Translations under genes and position numbers: made by a program
Notes under the pieces: generated by a model
Database searches by the model: none
What the model saw: the letters and a program-made list of their open reading frames with translations, nothing else
What the model was told of the DNA's origin: nothing
In this document: one piece after another, positions 1-10,878 of the stretch
How the letters are laid out: every line of letters starts with the position of its first letter
Numbering within the stretch: position 1 is the stretch's first letter
Assembly: GCA_016839765.1 (NCBI GenBank)
Contig: JAEOTP010000007.1
Coordinates: 96,151 to 160,150 of the forward strand
Origin: Promethearchaeota archaeon
Lineage (GTDB): Archaea; Asgardarchaeota; Lokiarchaeia; Sigyniarchaeales; SOKP01
DNA length: 64,000 bases
Direction of reading: 5' to 3'

Positions 1-1018
1 ATATCTTATGTTCAATTGGTGGAATAGTTAAAATTGATATTGTTTCACTTAACTCTCCGTATAGATTGTTTCTTAGATAATTTCCTACACTCTGCTCAAA
101 GCCAAATAGAGAAATAAAAACAATTTGGGGATATATGTGATTATATCGCTTAAAATCTTTCTTATGCATTAAATGAGTAAAATTTTTTACTTCCTCTAAT
201 AACTTTAGCATCTGAATTAATCTTAATTGTGATTTTCTTTTATGGGCAAAAATAAAAGTAATTTTAAGATTGCCCGCTTCTTTTTTTACTTCATCTAAAT
301 TTTGTTTTTGGAAGTTATTATTAATTCTTTTAAAAGGCGTTCCTGAACTTTTTTCTTCTTCACTTATGATTAAATCAGCAATTCGCTGAGAATAAGCATT
401 TTGTAAAGCAAAATCATAATTTCTAAATACTTTTAAAGAGTTATTTTTAACTGTTATAAATTTATTCTCTAATAGATCAATATAGTGGTGATATATATCA
501 TGCCATGATTCCCAAGATCCGTCAATATCAACTAAAGAGAAATGATATTTTCTCAATCCATCATTATAATTATATCTCTCATGTAATGAATCTAACAACT
601 TTATTAATATATCTTTTTCAATTTCAATCAATTGATTTTGGAAATATTTATCTATTCTCTTAATTTTTAAATTAGCAAATACATAGTTATTCTCATGTTC
701 TTTCCTATTTTTAATTAAATTATGTAAAGTCTTTCCTAATGGTTGTTTAGATTTAATAGTATTCTTCGATGAATTATGATCCTTTAGGATTTGATTGTTA
801 TATAAAGCTAAAATAGAAAAAGAAGTTCGATTCTTTGATTTATTAATGGAACTACGTATAATTACGGATTGATCATTTCTATTTGTACCTATGATTAATA
901 AATTAAGGTCATCTGTATAAGAATTCTTATCAATTTCAAAGCTTTTATTAATTATATTTTTTATGAGCGAAAAAACGTCATCTAGTCTAAATATTTTTTC
1001 AATTGTATGAACTCTCAT
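1..1018 (-). CDS. Uncharacterised protein of at least 339 aa, 3' end beyond the window; possible degenerate PD-(D/E)XK nuclease-like domain
   Basis: Translated by hand: open frame from ATG at 1018 (MRVHTIEKIFRLDD...) to position 1 with no stop. GGTGA SD-like motif just upstream. Contains RIADLIISEEEK and IVFISLFGFEQSV segments. Confidence 0.75.
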   Translation of the reverse strand, partial: MRVHTIEKIFRLDDVFSLIKNIINKSFEIDKNSYTDDLNLLIIGTNRNDQSVIIRSSINKSKNRTSFSILALYNNQILKDHNSSKNTIKSKQPLGKTLHNLIKNRKEHENNYVFANLKIKRIDKYFQNQLIEIEKDILIKLLDSLHERYNYNDGLRKYHFSLVDIDGSWESWHDIYHHYIDLLENKFITVKNNSLKVFRNYDFALQNAYSQRIADLIISEEEKSSGTPFKRINNNFQKQNLDEVKKEAGNLKITFIFAHKRKSQLRLIQMLKLLEEVKNFTHLMHKKDFKRYNHIYPQIVFISLFGFEQSVGNYLRNNLYGELSETISILTIPPIEHKI

Positions 1019-1193
1019 TTATTTTTCACCTATCTTTTAATTTTATTATTTTAAAGAAATTTTTTAAACAGTAAGGAGAGGAATGGGAGATTGGTCACAC
1101 GATTATTTATACAAAAAGCTCCATTCCCTCAACTATTTGAAGATCTTCTATTTAAATTATCAACTTACTGATAAACTCTTTTGCCCATTCTTC

Positions 1194-1445
1194 TTAATTA
1201 TAAGAGAAAAAATAAATAGAATCTGCTAAATTAAATTCTTCAATCTTAATATCATTTATTATTCCTTTTTTGTATGCAAGAGATAAAGGTATCTTGACTA
1301 CAAGTTTATATTCGTCCAAATATAAATTATTATAAAAAATTCTTTCATTTTTATTAAAATCAATAAATTTATTTACAAAATTATCTATAATTGGCTTTCT
1401 TTTAACATTTTTAAATCTAGTATACATCTTCTTATTTTTATTCAT
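1194..1445 (-). CDS. Small hypothetical protein (83 aa)
   Basis: ORF track; same strand as the downstream large ORF; no motif recognised. Confidence 0.45.
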   Translation of the reverse strand: MNKNKKMYTRFKNVKRKPIIDNFVNKFIDFNKNERIFYNNLYLDEYKLVVKIPLSLAYKKGIINDIKIEEFNLADSIYFFSYN

Positions 1446-1869
1446 TGAAACATCTCTAATTCAAGTTAAATTTCCTGTTATCTCAATTGCGACATACCTT
1501 CTTAAAAGAAACAAAATGACAGTTTTCTGTTTTCATTATCAAAATAATGATAATGCTCTAAGAAATATGATTAAAAGAGTAAATCAGAAATTTCAAATTT
1601 TTAATAATTTTAAATTTCTTATATGTTTGAAGTAATAATATTTATAATAATATTTAAATTTATCGCTAAATAGTTCTAAATTCTTAATGCTTTACAGAAA
1701 TAAATTTTTATTTTACTAAAATTTTAGAGCTAAATCTCCTTTAACCCTTTCTCCCATAAATCCTCCCATTTGGCTAATAATTTCCTTTATTACTATTTTT
1801 AATAGTTTGGGACAACTTTTAAAAAGAAAAGTCACTTTTCACACTTTGTTACATTGTTAGGTTTTATTA

Positions 1870-2826
1870 TTACGCCACAGTTAGTACTACATTTCCCTTT
1901 TTGTGCCCTTTATCGACATACCTGTGAGCCTCGGCAATTTGTTCCAAGGGATAGCGTCTATCTATGGCCGATTTTATCTTTCCCGCTTCAATAAGCTCTT
2001 TGAGGAAGATTAGATCTTCAGTACTTTGCTTCATTATCCCCTTTTTAACTGTCACGTATGTCCCGTTCGGAGTTAGTGCTTTCTTGCAATTTGAAAATGA
2101 GTTTTTTCCAACGGCATCAAAAATAACATCATAGGTCTGACTGCTTTTGGTAAAATCCTCTTTAGTGTAATCAATTACCTTATCGGCTCCCAGGGATCTC
2201 ACCAATTCTACATTCGTGGTACTGCATACCCCGATAACTTCTGCCCCAAAGTACTTGGCAAGCTGTACCGCAAACGTACCTACGCTTCCAGAAGCTCCAT
2301 AGATGAGGACTTTTTGTCGGCTCTGAATATTTGCTTTATCTCTAAGATAATGCAATGCGGTTAATCCCCCAATAAGAACGGCGGCTGCTTCCTCATGGGT
2401 CATGTTGACCGGTTTTATTGCCACCACGTTATTTCCAAGCATTTTATTTGTGGATGATGGTTCTTCAGGCAAGCACGCGTACTCGGCATAAGAACCAAAA
2501 TCCAACCCGGTGGTAGTTCCAAAAATTTGGTCCCCTTTCTTAAATAGTGTTACGTCCTTGCCTATTGATTCAATTTCCCCGGCTAGCTCCGTCCCTAGAA
2601 TGGTTCTTTTAGGTTTTCTGAGACCAAACCTTATTCGTGCGAAGAGCCGTACCAAGGGAGAGAAATTTCTCATGCCATTTCGAAGAATTACGTCCGCTAC
2701 TGTTACTGTTGTCGCATGTATTCTTATCAGTACTTCATTTTCCTTGGGAGTAGGTTTTTCTACTTCTTTGAGCTGAAGAACATCCGGAGGCCCGTATTTT
2801 GTGCATACAATCGCTTTCATTTTCAT
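1870..2826 (-). CDS. MDR-family NAD(P)-dependent oxidoreductase (quinone oxidoreductase-like)
   Basis: [15 protein letters not shown] start, GASGSVG dinucleotide-binding loop, [18 protein letters not shown] end. Confidence 0.9.
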   Translation of the reverse strand: MKMKAIVCTKYGPPDVLQLKEVEKPTPKENEVLIRIHATTVTVADVILRNGMRNFSPLVRLFARIRFGLRKPKRTILGTELAGEIESIGKDVTLFKKGDQIFGTTTGLDFGSYAEYACLPEEPSSTNKMLGNNVVAIKPVNMTHEEAAAVLIGGLTALHYLRDKANIQSRQKVLIYGASGSVGTFAVQLAKYFGAEVIGVCSTTNVELVRSLGADKVIDYTKEDFTKSSQTYDVIFDAVGKNSFSNCKKALTPNGTYVTVKKGIMKQSTEDLIFLKELIEAGKIKSAIDRRYPLEQIAEAHRYVDKGHKKGNVVLTVA

Positions 2827-3169
2827 ATATAATAAGAATAATCAGTAATTTATTATATCTTCCAAATCGAGCCCAAGATTAAATCTAACAAATTTGGAAT
2901 GTAGATACAAAACTTTCATTAGATACTATTTGTTTTCACAAAACAGAGTTTTATAAATCATCCAGAGATTTAAATGAAGTTTTTATAATCTCGAATGTTA
3001 AGTATGATTTAATTTTAAAGATCAATAATATACATCAACAACACATACATTCAATAAAAAATTTATATTAATTCTTTTATAAATATTAAAAATTTATACT
3101 CTTATAGCTTTTTAATAATTAGGATTATATATTAAAATTAAAATACACAATATTCTAAGCGATAGAAGA

Positions 3170-4501
3170 TTGGTTCGACCTCTAACTGAAGGAAATATAT
3201 GCCTCCGATGTAAAGGAGCGCGATTATTATGTGGTAAAAAAACGTGCCCTATTCTTTTAAAGAAATCTGTATTAAAATCAATGGTACCATTCAAATTAGA
3301 CTCAACTATCAGAGATGTAGAAATTTTTGGCGCCAGCCCTCCAGGAGTATTTATAGGGCATTTTAATTATCCTAATGTTTACATCGGACCTTTAGTTCCC
3401 TTTCAAGAATTTGATTTGAAATTGAATATTTCGGATAATTTCATCCTTGATGCACCAGAATTATGGTTTGGAAAAGAAATGGTTGATATTATTCGTTATA
3501 GGAGCAGTCTAGTACGCAATAATTTTAAAACAAATGTTCGAGTAGGTCGCACAGGCAGAAAAAATACTCCCTCTATTAAAGTTCAAAAGTTATTAGATGC
3601 CTCCCAAGAATTAGCTATGGCGGCAAGACCCGTAGATACTGAAACAAAGCTAGGAAAAATGAATTTTAGAATGTTAATGGATAATCATGCTCCACCTATT
3701 GGACCCACTGGGATGACTGAAAAAATTGAAATCACAGAAAATGTAAAGGTACATCCAAAAGTAGATTATTGTGTATCGGATACAGATTTGAAAGCTACTA
3801 ATGCGGTTTCTGAGTACTTATACTTTGATGGTCATGTTCCAGAATCAACAATTAGGAGGATTTTTTCTGCAGGATTACTTGGTCAAAAGAGCATTAGAAG
3901 ACTTGTACCAACGCGTTGGAGCATAACTGCTGTAGATGACATTATCTCGAAAGCTTTAATTAAAGAAATTAAAAAATTTCCAGAAATCGATAATTTTCGG
4001 ATTTTTGAATCAACCTATTTAGATAACCATTTCAAGATTCTTCTCTTTCCTGGTAAGTTTATGTATGAAATGAATGAAGTATGGGCTCCTAATACGCTAT
4101 GGAATATAGCTCTCGATGGTAATACTCGGAGGTTAAAACCTCAAATAATGACGGATTTTGAATTTTATCAAGGCAGAAAAAAATATGCGAGTAACATAAC
4201 TGGTGCGTATTATGCTGCGCGAAAATCGATTTGTGAATATCTTTATAATATTAAAAGGCAAGCAAGAGTATTAATATTCAGAGAAGTTTCTGGGGGATAC
4301 GTTGTGCCTCTTGGCGTGTGGGTTATAAGAGAAACGTGTAGAAACGCTATGTATACCACCGAACCAATCCTTCTGGATAATTTTAACGATGCTATTACCA
4401 AAATGGCTGAAGGGTTCATGGTGGATTTCAAATATTGGAAAAAGAGTAGTAAATTAATAAATTTCATCAAAAAACAGAGATCCATCTATGAATATTTATA
4501 A
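3170..4501 (+). CDS. nreA: Archaeal DNA repair protein NreA (Nre family)
   Basis: N-terminal CLRCKG..LCGKKTCP, SPPGVFIG..YPNVYIGP, RRLVPTRWSITAVD; C-terminal PIP-box-like QRSIYEYL; TTG start. Confidence 0.9.
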   Translation: MVRPLTEGNICLRCKGARLLCGKKTCPILLKKSVLKSMVPFKLDSTIRDVEIFGASPPGVFIGHFNYPNVYIGPLVPFQEFDLKLNISDNFILDAPELWFGKEMVDIIRYRSSLVRNNFKTNVRVGRTGRKNTPSIKVQKLLDASQELAMAARPVDTETKLGKMNFRMLMDNHAPPIGPTGMTEKIEITENVKVHPKVDYCVSDTDLKATNAVSEYLYFDGHVPESTIRRIFSAGLLGQKSIRRLVPTRWSITAVDDIISKALIKEIKKFPEIDNFRIFESTYLDNHFKILLFPGKFMYEMNEVWAPNTLWNIALDGNTRRLKPQIMTDFEFYQGRKKYASNITGAYYAARKSICEYLYNIKRQARVLIFREVSGGYVVPLGVWVIRETCRNAMYTTEPILLDNFNDAITKMAEGFMVDFKYWKKSSKLINFIKKQRSIYEYL

Positions 4502-4590
4502 TATACTTCTTTTTTCTATTTAAACTAAATATTAAGTTTAATTTTTCCTAAGAAAGGAATTTTCCTATTTTTTATAGTTTTATTTATTAA

Positions 4591-5481
4591 ATGAACAGAT
4601 GGTTTAACGTGATTTGGAAAACAAAAATAAATCAAATAACAAGTACAAAATATCCTCTCATAATGGCTGCATTTGCTCGAATAAGTAGTATAGATTTTGC
4701 AGCAGCATTTTCTAATGTAGGAGGATTAGGGATAATTACAGCCTTAAATTTTAAAATTGACATTTTCAAGAAAGAATTACAAAGAATGCAATCATTAACA
4801 GATAAACCTTTTGGAGTTAATATTACTGTTGTTCCTCCTAAAGCAAGACTTGAGAGATATACTGAAGATGATTATCTAAAATATGTTGAAGTAGCACTCA
4901 ACGAAGGAGTTAAAATATTTACCACTTCAGCGTATCAGGCATCTTTCATAGGAAAAAGAGTACATGAAGCAGGAGGTTATTGGTTTCACAAATGTTCTCT
5001 AATTAGGCATGCTATTTCAGCTGAAAGAGTTGGAGCAGACGCTATTACTTTAACTGGTCTAGAAGCTGCTGGTTTTAAAAATCCTTATCAACATTCTACA
5101 TTAGTTAATATAACTGTAGCGAAAAGAATATTAAAAGTACCAATAATTGCTGCGGGAGGTATAGGAGATGCGCGTGGGTTTCTAGGAGCATTAGCTATGG
5201 GAGCAGATGCGATTTGTTTGGGGACTGCTATCTTGTTGACTAAAGAAAGTCCTCTCCCATTACATCTAAAGGATGACTGGTTAAATACAGATATTTTATT
5301 AGAAGATTATTACAAAAAACTGTATCATTTCTCTCTAAAAGGAACACGCGTACCCTCACCTGCTACAGCGTTTATCATTAATGAAGTTTCTTTAAAGGAT
5401 TTTATTGAAAGTTTAATTGATAGGGCAGAAAAGATTTTAAGAACATGGGGTTTCACAAAAGAAGAATTTAACTGTATATAA
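4591..5481 (+). CDS. Nitronate monooxygenase / FabK-like FMN oxidoreductase
   Basis: GGLGII, KPFGVNI, GLEAAG, PIIAAGGIGDARG, MGADAICLGT; start may be GTG at 4609. Confidence 0.85.
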   Translation: MNRWFNVIWKTKINQITSTKYPLIMAAFARISSIDFAAAFSNVGGLGIITALNFKIDIFKKELQRMQSLTDKPFGVNITVVPPKARLERYTEDDYLKYVEVALNEGVKIFTTSAYQASFIGKRVHEAGGYWFHKCSLIRHAISAERVGADAITLTGLEAAGFKNPYQHSTLVNITVAKRILKVPIIAAGGIGDARGFLGALAMGADAICLGTAILLTKESPLPLHLKDDWLNTDILLEDYYKKLYHFSLKGTRVPSPATAFIINEVSLKDFIESLIDRAEKILRTWGFTKEEFNCI

Positions 5482-5612
5482 ACTTATTTCTGATTTTAAA
5501 ATAATAGCTTAAAATCTTATTTACTATATTGAAAATATTTTTAAATTTATTTTATTTAAAGAGAATATCATTAAATTTTATATGTTATCCATTTGGAATT
5601 AGAGGATAAATT

Positions 5613-6827
5613 ATGTCAAATAAATCTATAGTATATTGGGCCCCACCAAATGAAATTAGTGCTATATCTTATGACAAGGAAAAAATGCTATCTAATAATT
5701 TAGTAAAAACGCGATTAATTTTGGATAAAATTTTAGATCATATTAATTCTGGAGATAAAGTAGGAGTAAAACTTCATTTTGGAGAAGCTCACAATACTCG
5801 TTATTTACGTCATGATTATATTCGCGAAGTTGTGGAAGCTATTAAATCAAAAGGAGGCATTCCCACACTTATAGAAACTCAAGGTTTAGGGATGTACATT
5901 CAGCAAATAAATATTTCTGAAAATTATTCGGTTTTTCTCGGACACCGGAAAACAAAAGCTGATCACGAAAAAATAGCACATCTTCATGGGTTTTCAGAGT
6001 CAATAATCGGAGCTCCAATAAAATTCATTGATGGTGAAAAAGGTATAGAAAGTAAAATTATAAAAATTGATGGAATTCATTTTAAAGAAGTTCACGTAGC
6101 GGCAGGTCTTTTTGAATATGATAAAATTGTAGTAGCATCTCACTTTAAGGGACATCCACAGGCTGCTTTTGGAGGGGCATTAAAACAGCTTGGAGTTGGT
6201 TGTATAACTAAACACCACAAATATGCACTTCATTTTATCGGTGATTTAAGTATAAATACAGAAATTTGTAATATATCTAAATGTTCTCAAGAATGTATTG
6301 AAGCATGTCCAGTAGGAGCAATAAAAATCGAGAATGAATCTGCAGTAATAGACAATTCTCTATGTGTGTATTGTACAGCTTGTTTAGAAAGTTGTCCTGT
6401 AAGAAAAGCAATAAATAGAACATTTAATACTAACGAGAGTGAATTTAACATTATGGCAGAAAAAGTCATTGATAATGCCACAGCTGTTATTAATTCCTTT
6501 GGTCCTGAAAATATTCGGTTTATCAATTTTGCGTTTGATATACCTCTTATGTGCGATTGTGTAGTTAACGCTAATATGCCTATAATACCTGATCTTGGTA
6601 TCTTTGGTTCAAAAGACCCTGTAGCCATAGATAAGGCCTGTGTTGATGCTGAAATTAATGCCCCTGGACTTCCAATCTTGAATGAAGATGGTCAATGGAC
6701 AGAACCACTTTCTATTGGGATTGAAAAAATTAACGCAATGAGTAATTATCTCGATACATCTTGGCAAATTGACGCAGCAATCAAAAATGGACTTGGATCT
6801 AAAGAATATGAGTTAGTAAAAATATAA
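5613..6827 (+). CDS. DUF362 domain Fe-S protein with ferredoxin insert
   Basis: VGVKLHFGE, SHFKGH, GGALKQLGVGC, two 4Fe-4S motifs (C..CIEACP; CVYCTACLESCP), CDC, DPVAIDKAC. Confidence 0.85.
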   Translation: MSNKSIVYWAPPNEISAISYDKEKMLSNNLVKTRLILDKILDHINSGDKVGVKLHFGEAHNTRYLRHDYIREVVEAIKSKGGIPTLIETQGLGMYIQQINISENYSVFLGHRKTKADHEKIAHLHGFSESIIGAPIKFIDGEKGIESKIIKIDGIHFKEVHVAAGLFEYDKIVVASHFKGHPQAAFGGALKQLGVGCITKHHKYALHFIGDLSINTEICNISKCSQECIEACPVGAIKIENESAVIDNSLCVYCTACLESCPVRKAINRTFNTNESEFNIMAEKVIDNATAVINSFGPENIRFINFAFDIPLMCDCVVNANMPIIPDLGIFGSKDPVAIDKACVDAEINAPGLPILNEDGQWTEPLSIGIEKINAMSNYLDTSWQIDAAIKNGLGSKEYELVKI

Positions 6828-6913
6828 AACTAATCCAATTTTTTTTAAATTTTTTTTAATTCATTCTAAAATTTACAAATATTTTTGCTTCTATCTGTTC
6901 AATTTGTTTGATA

Positions 6914-6931
6914 TAAATAGGTACCAATTTA
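6914..6931. promoter_or_regulatory. 18-bp palindrome upstream of the 7041-10851 operon (candidate operator)
   Basis: TAAATAGGTACCAATTTA is self-complementary with one mismatch and lies just before a BRE/TATA-like GATAAAAGTTTAAAA. Confidence 0.35.
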
Positions 6932-7040
6932 GATAAAAGTTTAAAACTTTAAATGGAATCATCTCAAATATATCATTTAAATATTAAACAAAAATAATAA
7001 AAAATATTAAAAAAACATTTAATAATTTGGTGATGAATTT

Positions 7041-8261
7041 ATGGCTCTCGCGGGAGAAAAAGTAGGACTTCCTTCTGCTGACGAAGCTCCTATGATTGTT
7101 ATGGCTCGATATAAACAGCCACTTGCAGGATTTCTATCAATTTTAATTGTTTTTATCATAAGTTGGATAACATGGTTAATATTTTTTGATCCTCGTTGGC
7201 ATAACCCCATGCCATCATCGGATGTTCGTATGGAAGTAACAGCATGGGCAACAGTTATTGGTGGTTTTGGATTAATTGGAGTAGTTTGGGCAATTTGGTT
7301 CGAAAATTGGCCTTATTATAACTGGTTTCGTACTCCTTGGAAAGTGGGGCTAGTAGGTACTGCTATTAATGCTGTAATCATTATTATTTTTACTTTTGTA
7401 CTTCTACCCTTCTTTAATTCAATATATGGTAGTCAAATAACAGATCCATACATAGCATGGTTTGTCGGGGCATCAATTTTTGGTGCTTTAAGTGGATCAT
7501 GTTTTTCTTTTGGTGTTCTTTGGGTTGCTGGAACTATGTATTGGCCCTTTTTCAAAATAAAACAACCAAAGCGTGGAATTATCGTGTGGATTATTGGTAC
7601 TGCTATAATGATACTTGTATGGTTTTTATTATTCTTTCCAGCGGGAAATCGAGTGGCTACTTCTGAGGCTTCAGCGGTACAACCTATTACCTTCTTTCCT
7701 AGTTATGCATTTTCACTTGGTTGGACGCAATGGATAATCTTTTTTTCACTTCTCACTCTAATGGTATTTGAATATTGGCCATGGAGCAAGTTAGGTAGAA
7801 AACAACCATTTATAGGGATGATTGCTTTTGGAGCTTGTGTATTATTAGGTTTATTGTTTAATTGGCTTGGACGTTATATTGCTCAATTTATTTTCGATCC
7901 TTTTTTTCAAGCAATTGGTGGAGTGCCTGTTGATGAGGTATCGCAATTAAAAGGGTGGTATATGATGCATATTACATATGCTATATTTCTTATATGTGCG
8001 GTTGTATTGGTATCATTGTTCTTTGACAATTGGCCAAAAAAATATTCACAGTGGAAGAATTTTCTTTTTCGATTTTTGCTGGTCATAGCTATTGGGACAG
8101 CGACTTTTCTAGCTTATTATCTTTTATCTCCAATTCTATTTGGAGACACCACAAATTACTGGGAAATGAATCCTACTCCATTTGTCTTGTGGTTTCTTTG
8201 GATTGAAATATTGTTCGCTTATGTCTGGAGAAAATGGCCTATTTATAGAGCAGTAGGGTGA
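7041..8261 (+). CDS. Polytopic membrane protein with five WP repeats; putative transporter
   Basis: About 10 hydrophobic segments; repeated FENWP, TMYWP, FEYWP, FDNWP, WRKWP; 9 bp upstream of the acyl-CoA ligase. Confidence 0.7.
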   Translation: MALAGEKVGLPSADEAPMIVMARYKQPLAGFLSILIVFIISWITWLIFFDPRWHNPMPSSDVRMEVTAWATVIGGFGLIGVVWAIWFENWPYYNWFRTPWKVGLVGTAINAVIIIIFTFVLLPFFNSIYGSQITDPYIAWFVGASIFGALSGSCFSFGVLWVAGTMYWPFFKIKQPKRGIIVWIIGTAIMILVWFLLFFPAGNRVATSEASAVQPITFFPSYAFSLGWTQWIIFFSLLTLMVFEYWPWSKLGRKQPFIGMIAFGACVLLGLLFNWLGRYIAQFIFDPFFQAIGGVPVDEVSQLKGWYMMHITYAIFLICAVVLVSLFFDNWPKKYSQWKNFLFRFLLVIAIGTATFLAYYLLSPILFGDTTNYWEMNPTPFVLWFLWIEILFAYVWRKWPIYRAVG

Positions 8262-8270
8262 TTATGCAAT

Positions 8271-9821
8271 TTGGTTAAGGCGGGAAAATATTTAATCCCA
8301 GATGAATTCACTTGGATTGGAGATTGGGCAAAACGACGTGCAATATTAACTCCAAATCGTGAAGCGATATTCGATAATATTGAGAAAAACCTATATACAT
8401 ATAATGACCTTAACTTAAGAGCAAACCAGTTAGCTCGCGTTTTATTGAATGAAGGGATATCTAAGGGAGATCGTGTAGCTATGTTTTCTACTAATAGAAT
8501 TGAATGCCTGGACCTTTTTTTAGCAACAGGAAAAATAGGAGCAATTCTTGTTCCATTTAACGTGAGATTATCAATTCAAGAACTAAAGTATTTAATCAAT
8601 AAAACAAGCCCTTCAATTTTTTTCTATGAATCCAAATTAAATGAAAAAGTTTCGCAGATTAAAAAAGAAGATTTAATTAAAAAAAACGTTGTTATGGGAA
8701 AAAAATCAATATTAGGGGATTCTACTACAAATACTTTAACAGGAAAAGTTTCAAGCTCAGAAGTTGAGCGCCCTATAATGAATTTTGAAGACCCTCATCT
8801 TATATTATTTACAGGGGGTACAACAGGACTTCCTAAAGGAGCGACCCTCCCTCATAGATTAATCTTTTGGAATTCTGTGAATACAATTCTTTCATGGAGT
8901 TTAAAACCAGATGATATTCAACCATTATTATTTCCTCTGTTTCACACTGGAGGTTGGAACGTTCTCTTAGTTCCTTTTTACCACCTTGGAGCAAAAACAA
9001 TACTAATGGGAGATTTTGATCCTGAAAAAACAATCAATCTCATTGAAAAAGAAAAATGCACTATTGTGATCGGAGTTCCCACAATGTTCCATATGATGGC
9101 TAAAAATTCACTTTTCGATGAAAACAAATTTGGATCAGTAAGAATCTTTATATCTGGAGGGGCTCCATGTCCCGTTGCAATTATGGAAAAGTACTGGGCA
9201 AAAGATAAACTGTTTAAAATGGGATATGGATTAACAGAAGTAGGTCCTAACAATTTCTATCTTCCTGAAGATAAAATTAAACAAAAACCAACTTCTGTAG
9301 GTTTACCGGTATTTCATTGTGATATGAAAATTATCAATACAAAGACAGATAAAATAGTAAAACAAGGAGAAGTTGGAGAACTCTTACTTAAAGGTCCTCA
9401 TATATTTTCAGGGTATTGGGATGAGCCTGAAGAAACTGCAAAAACTATAGAATCTAATGGATGGGTTCATACTGGAGATCTAGCCATGCAAGATGATGAA
9501 GGTTTTTTTTATATTGTCGGACGTAGAAAAGAGATGTATATTAGTGGAGGGGAAAATGTTTTTCCCGTTGAAATTGAAGAACTATTATTTAAACATCCTG
9601 CCATTGACCTTGCAGCTGTTATTGGAGTACCGGACGAGAAATGGGGTGAAGTAGGAAAAGCCTTTCTTACTTTAAAATCAGGTCAAAAATTAACTACAGA
9701 AGAAATCAAAGATTATTTAACAGAAAGATTAGCTAAGTATAAAATACCTAAATATTATGAAATAAGAGATTCGTTACCTACAAGTGCAACTGGTAAAATT
9801 TTAAAACGAGAATTAGAATAA
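8271..9821 (+). CDS. Acyl-CoA synthetase (AMP-forming, long-chain fatty acid--CoA ligase family)
   Basis: FTGGTTGLPKG AMP-binding loop, GYGLTE, TGDLA, GRRKEMYISGGENVFP, GKILK. Confidence 0.92.
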   Translation: MVKAGKYLIPDEFTWIGDWAKRRAILTPNREAIFDNIEKNLYTYNDLNLRANQLARVLLNEGISKGDRVAMFSTNRIECLDLFLATGKIGAILVPFNVRLSIQELKYLINKTSPSIFFYESKLNEKVSQIKKEDLIKKNVVMGKKSILGDSTTNTLTGKVSSSEVERPIMNFEDPHLILFTGGTTGLPKGATLPHRLIFWNSVNTILSWSLKPDDIQPLLFPLFHTGGWNVLLVPFYHLGAKTILMGDFDPEKTINLIEKEKCTIVIGVPTMFHMMAKNSLFDENKFGSVRIFISGGAPCPVAIMEKYWAKDKLFKMGYGLTEVGPNNFYLPEDKIKQKPTSVGLPVFHCDMKIINTKTDKIVKQGEVGELLLKGPHIFSGYWDEPEETAKTIESNGWVHTGDLAMQDDEGFFYIVGRRKEMYISGGENVFPVEIEELLFKHPAIDLAAVIGVPDEKWGEVGKAFLTLKSGQKLTTEEIKDYLTERLAKYKIPKYYEIRDSLPTSATGKILKRELE

Positions 9822-9831
9822 GGGTTGTAGC

Positions 9832-10851
9832 ATGAAGTTTCGTCCTGTTGGGTTAGAATCATGGGGTATATATCTTCCTAAAGAAAGACATTCTAGTGAT
9901 TACATTTCAAAAGAAACAGGAATTCCGAAGGTGATTCTTGAAGATAAATTTGGGCTTAAAAGTAAAACTGTTCCGGGTCCTGAAGACCATACAGTGGCAA
10001 TGGGAGCAAAAGCAAGTTTTCAAGCACTTGAAAGAGCAAGAATTACTCCTAATGACATTGATATTATTATTTGGGCAGGTGAGGTTTATGCAGAAAGACC
10101 TATGATGACATATGGAATAAAACTTCAAAAATTTTTAGGGAATCCTACTCATCCTTGGGCTTTTGATATAAATCAAAGATGCGGTACTTTTCTAGTTGGT
10201 ATGTTGTTGGCCAAAAGCTTGATTCAAACCGATCCCGAAATTAATAGAATTTTAGTAGCTAGTGGGTATAGAAATTCTGATTTAATTAATTACAAAAATC
10301 CGAGATCACGTTTTATGATAAGCCTCGCCGCAAGTGGGGCCGCAGCTGTAATAAAAGGTGATTCTAATAAAAATGAAATATTAGGTATATCTGCAATTTC
10401 TGATGGAAGATTTGCTGATGATGTTTATGTACCTGCTGGGGGAACTGAATATCCTATTTCTGCTGAAGCAATTGAGCAAGATTTAATCTATCTAGATGTT
10501 CCAGATCCAGACGGATTAAAAGAGCGTTTAGATAATTTTTCTATGGCTTCATTTGTCAAAGTTATCGATGATGCTCTTAAAAAATCGGGTTATAAAAGAG
10601 AAGATATTGGCTATTTAGCTCTGCTTCACATGAAGAGGAGTGCATTTGAGTATGTTGCTAATGCTATTGGAGTCGATCCCTACAAACAAGCTACATATTT
10701 TGAGGATATTGGACATAATGGTCAAAATGACGGAATAATCTCTTTGGAATATGGCATAAAAAGTGGGAAGATTAGTGATGGAGACATAGTAGTTTTGACG
10801 GCAGCAGGAATAGGATGGGCTTGGAATGCAGGAGTAATTAAGTGGGGATAA
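9832..10851 (+). CDS. 3-oxoacyl-ACP synthase III-like (FabH-like) condensing enzyme
   Basis: AFDINQRCGTF (catalytic Cys), LHMKRS, GHNGQND, GDIVVLTAAGIGWAW. Confidence 0.85.
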   Translation: MKFRPVGLESWGIYLPKERHSSDYISKETGIPKVILEDKFGLKSKTVPGPEDHTVAMGAKASFQALERARITPNDIDIIIWAGEVYAERPMMTYGIKLQKFLGNPTHPWAFDINQRCGTFLVGMLLAKSLIQTDPEINRILVASGYRNSDLINYKNPRSRFMISLAASGAAAVIKGDSNKNEILGISAISDGRFADDVYVPAGGTEYPISAEAIEQDLIYLDVPDPDGLKERLDNFSMASFVKVIDDALKKSGYKREDIGYLALLHMKRSAFEYVANAIGVDPYKQATYFEDIGHNGQNDGIISLEYGIKSGKISDGDIVVLTAAGIGWAWNAGVIKWG

Positions 10852-10878
10852 ATTTTTTAAGAATTAAAAAATTTTTTT

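Noticed and set aside
1534-1555. Fur-box-like CATTATC/GATAATG inverted repeat
   Set aside because: Arm order is opposite to the Fur consensus, the context is AT-rich and no iron gene is adjacent.
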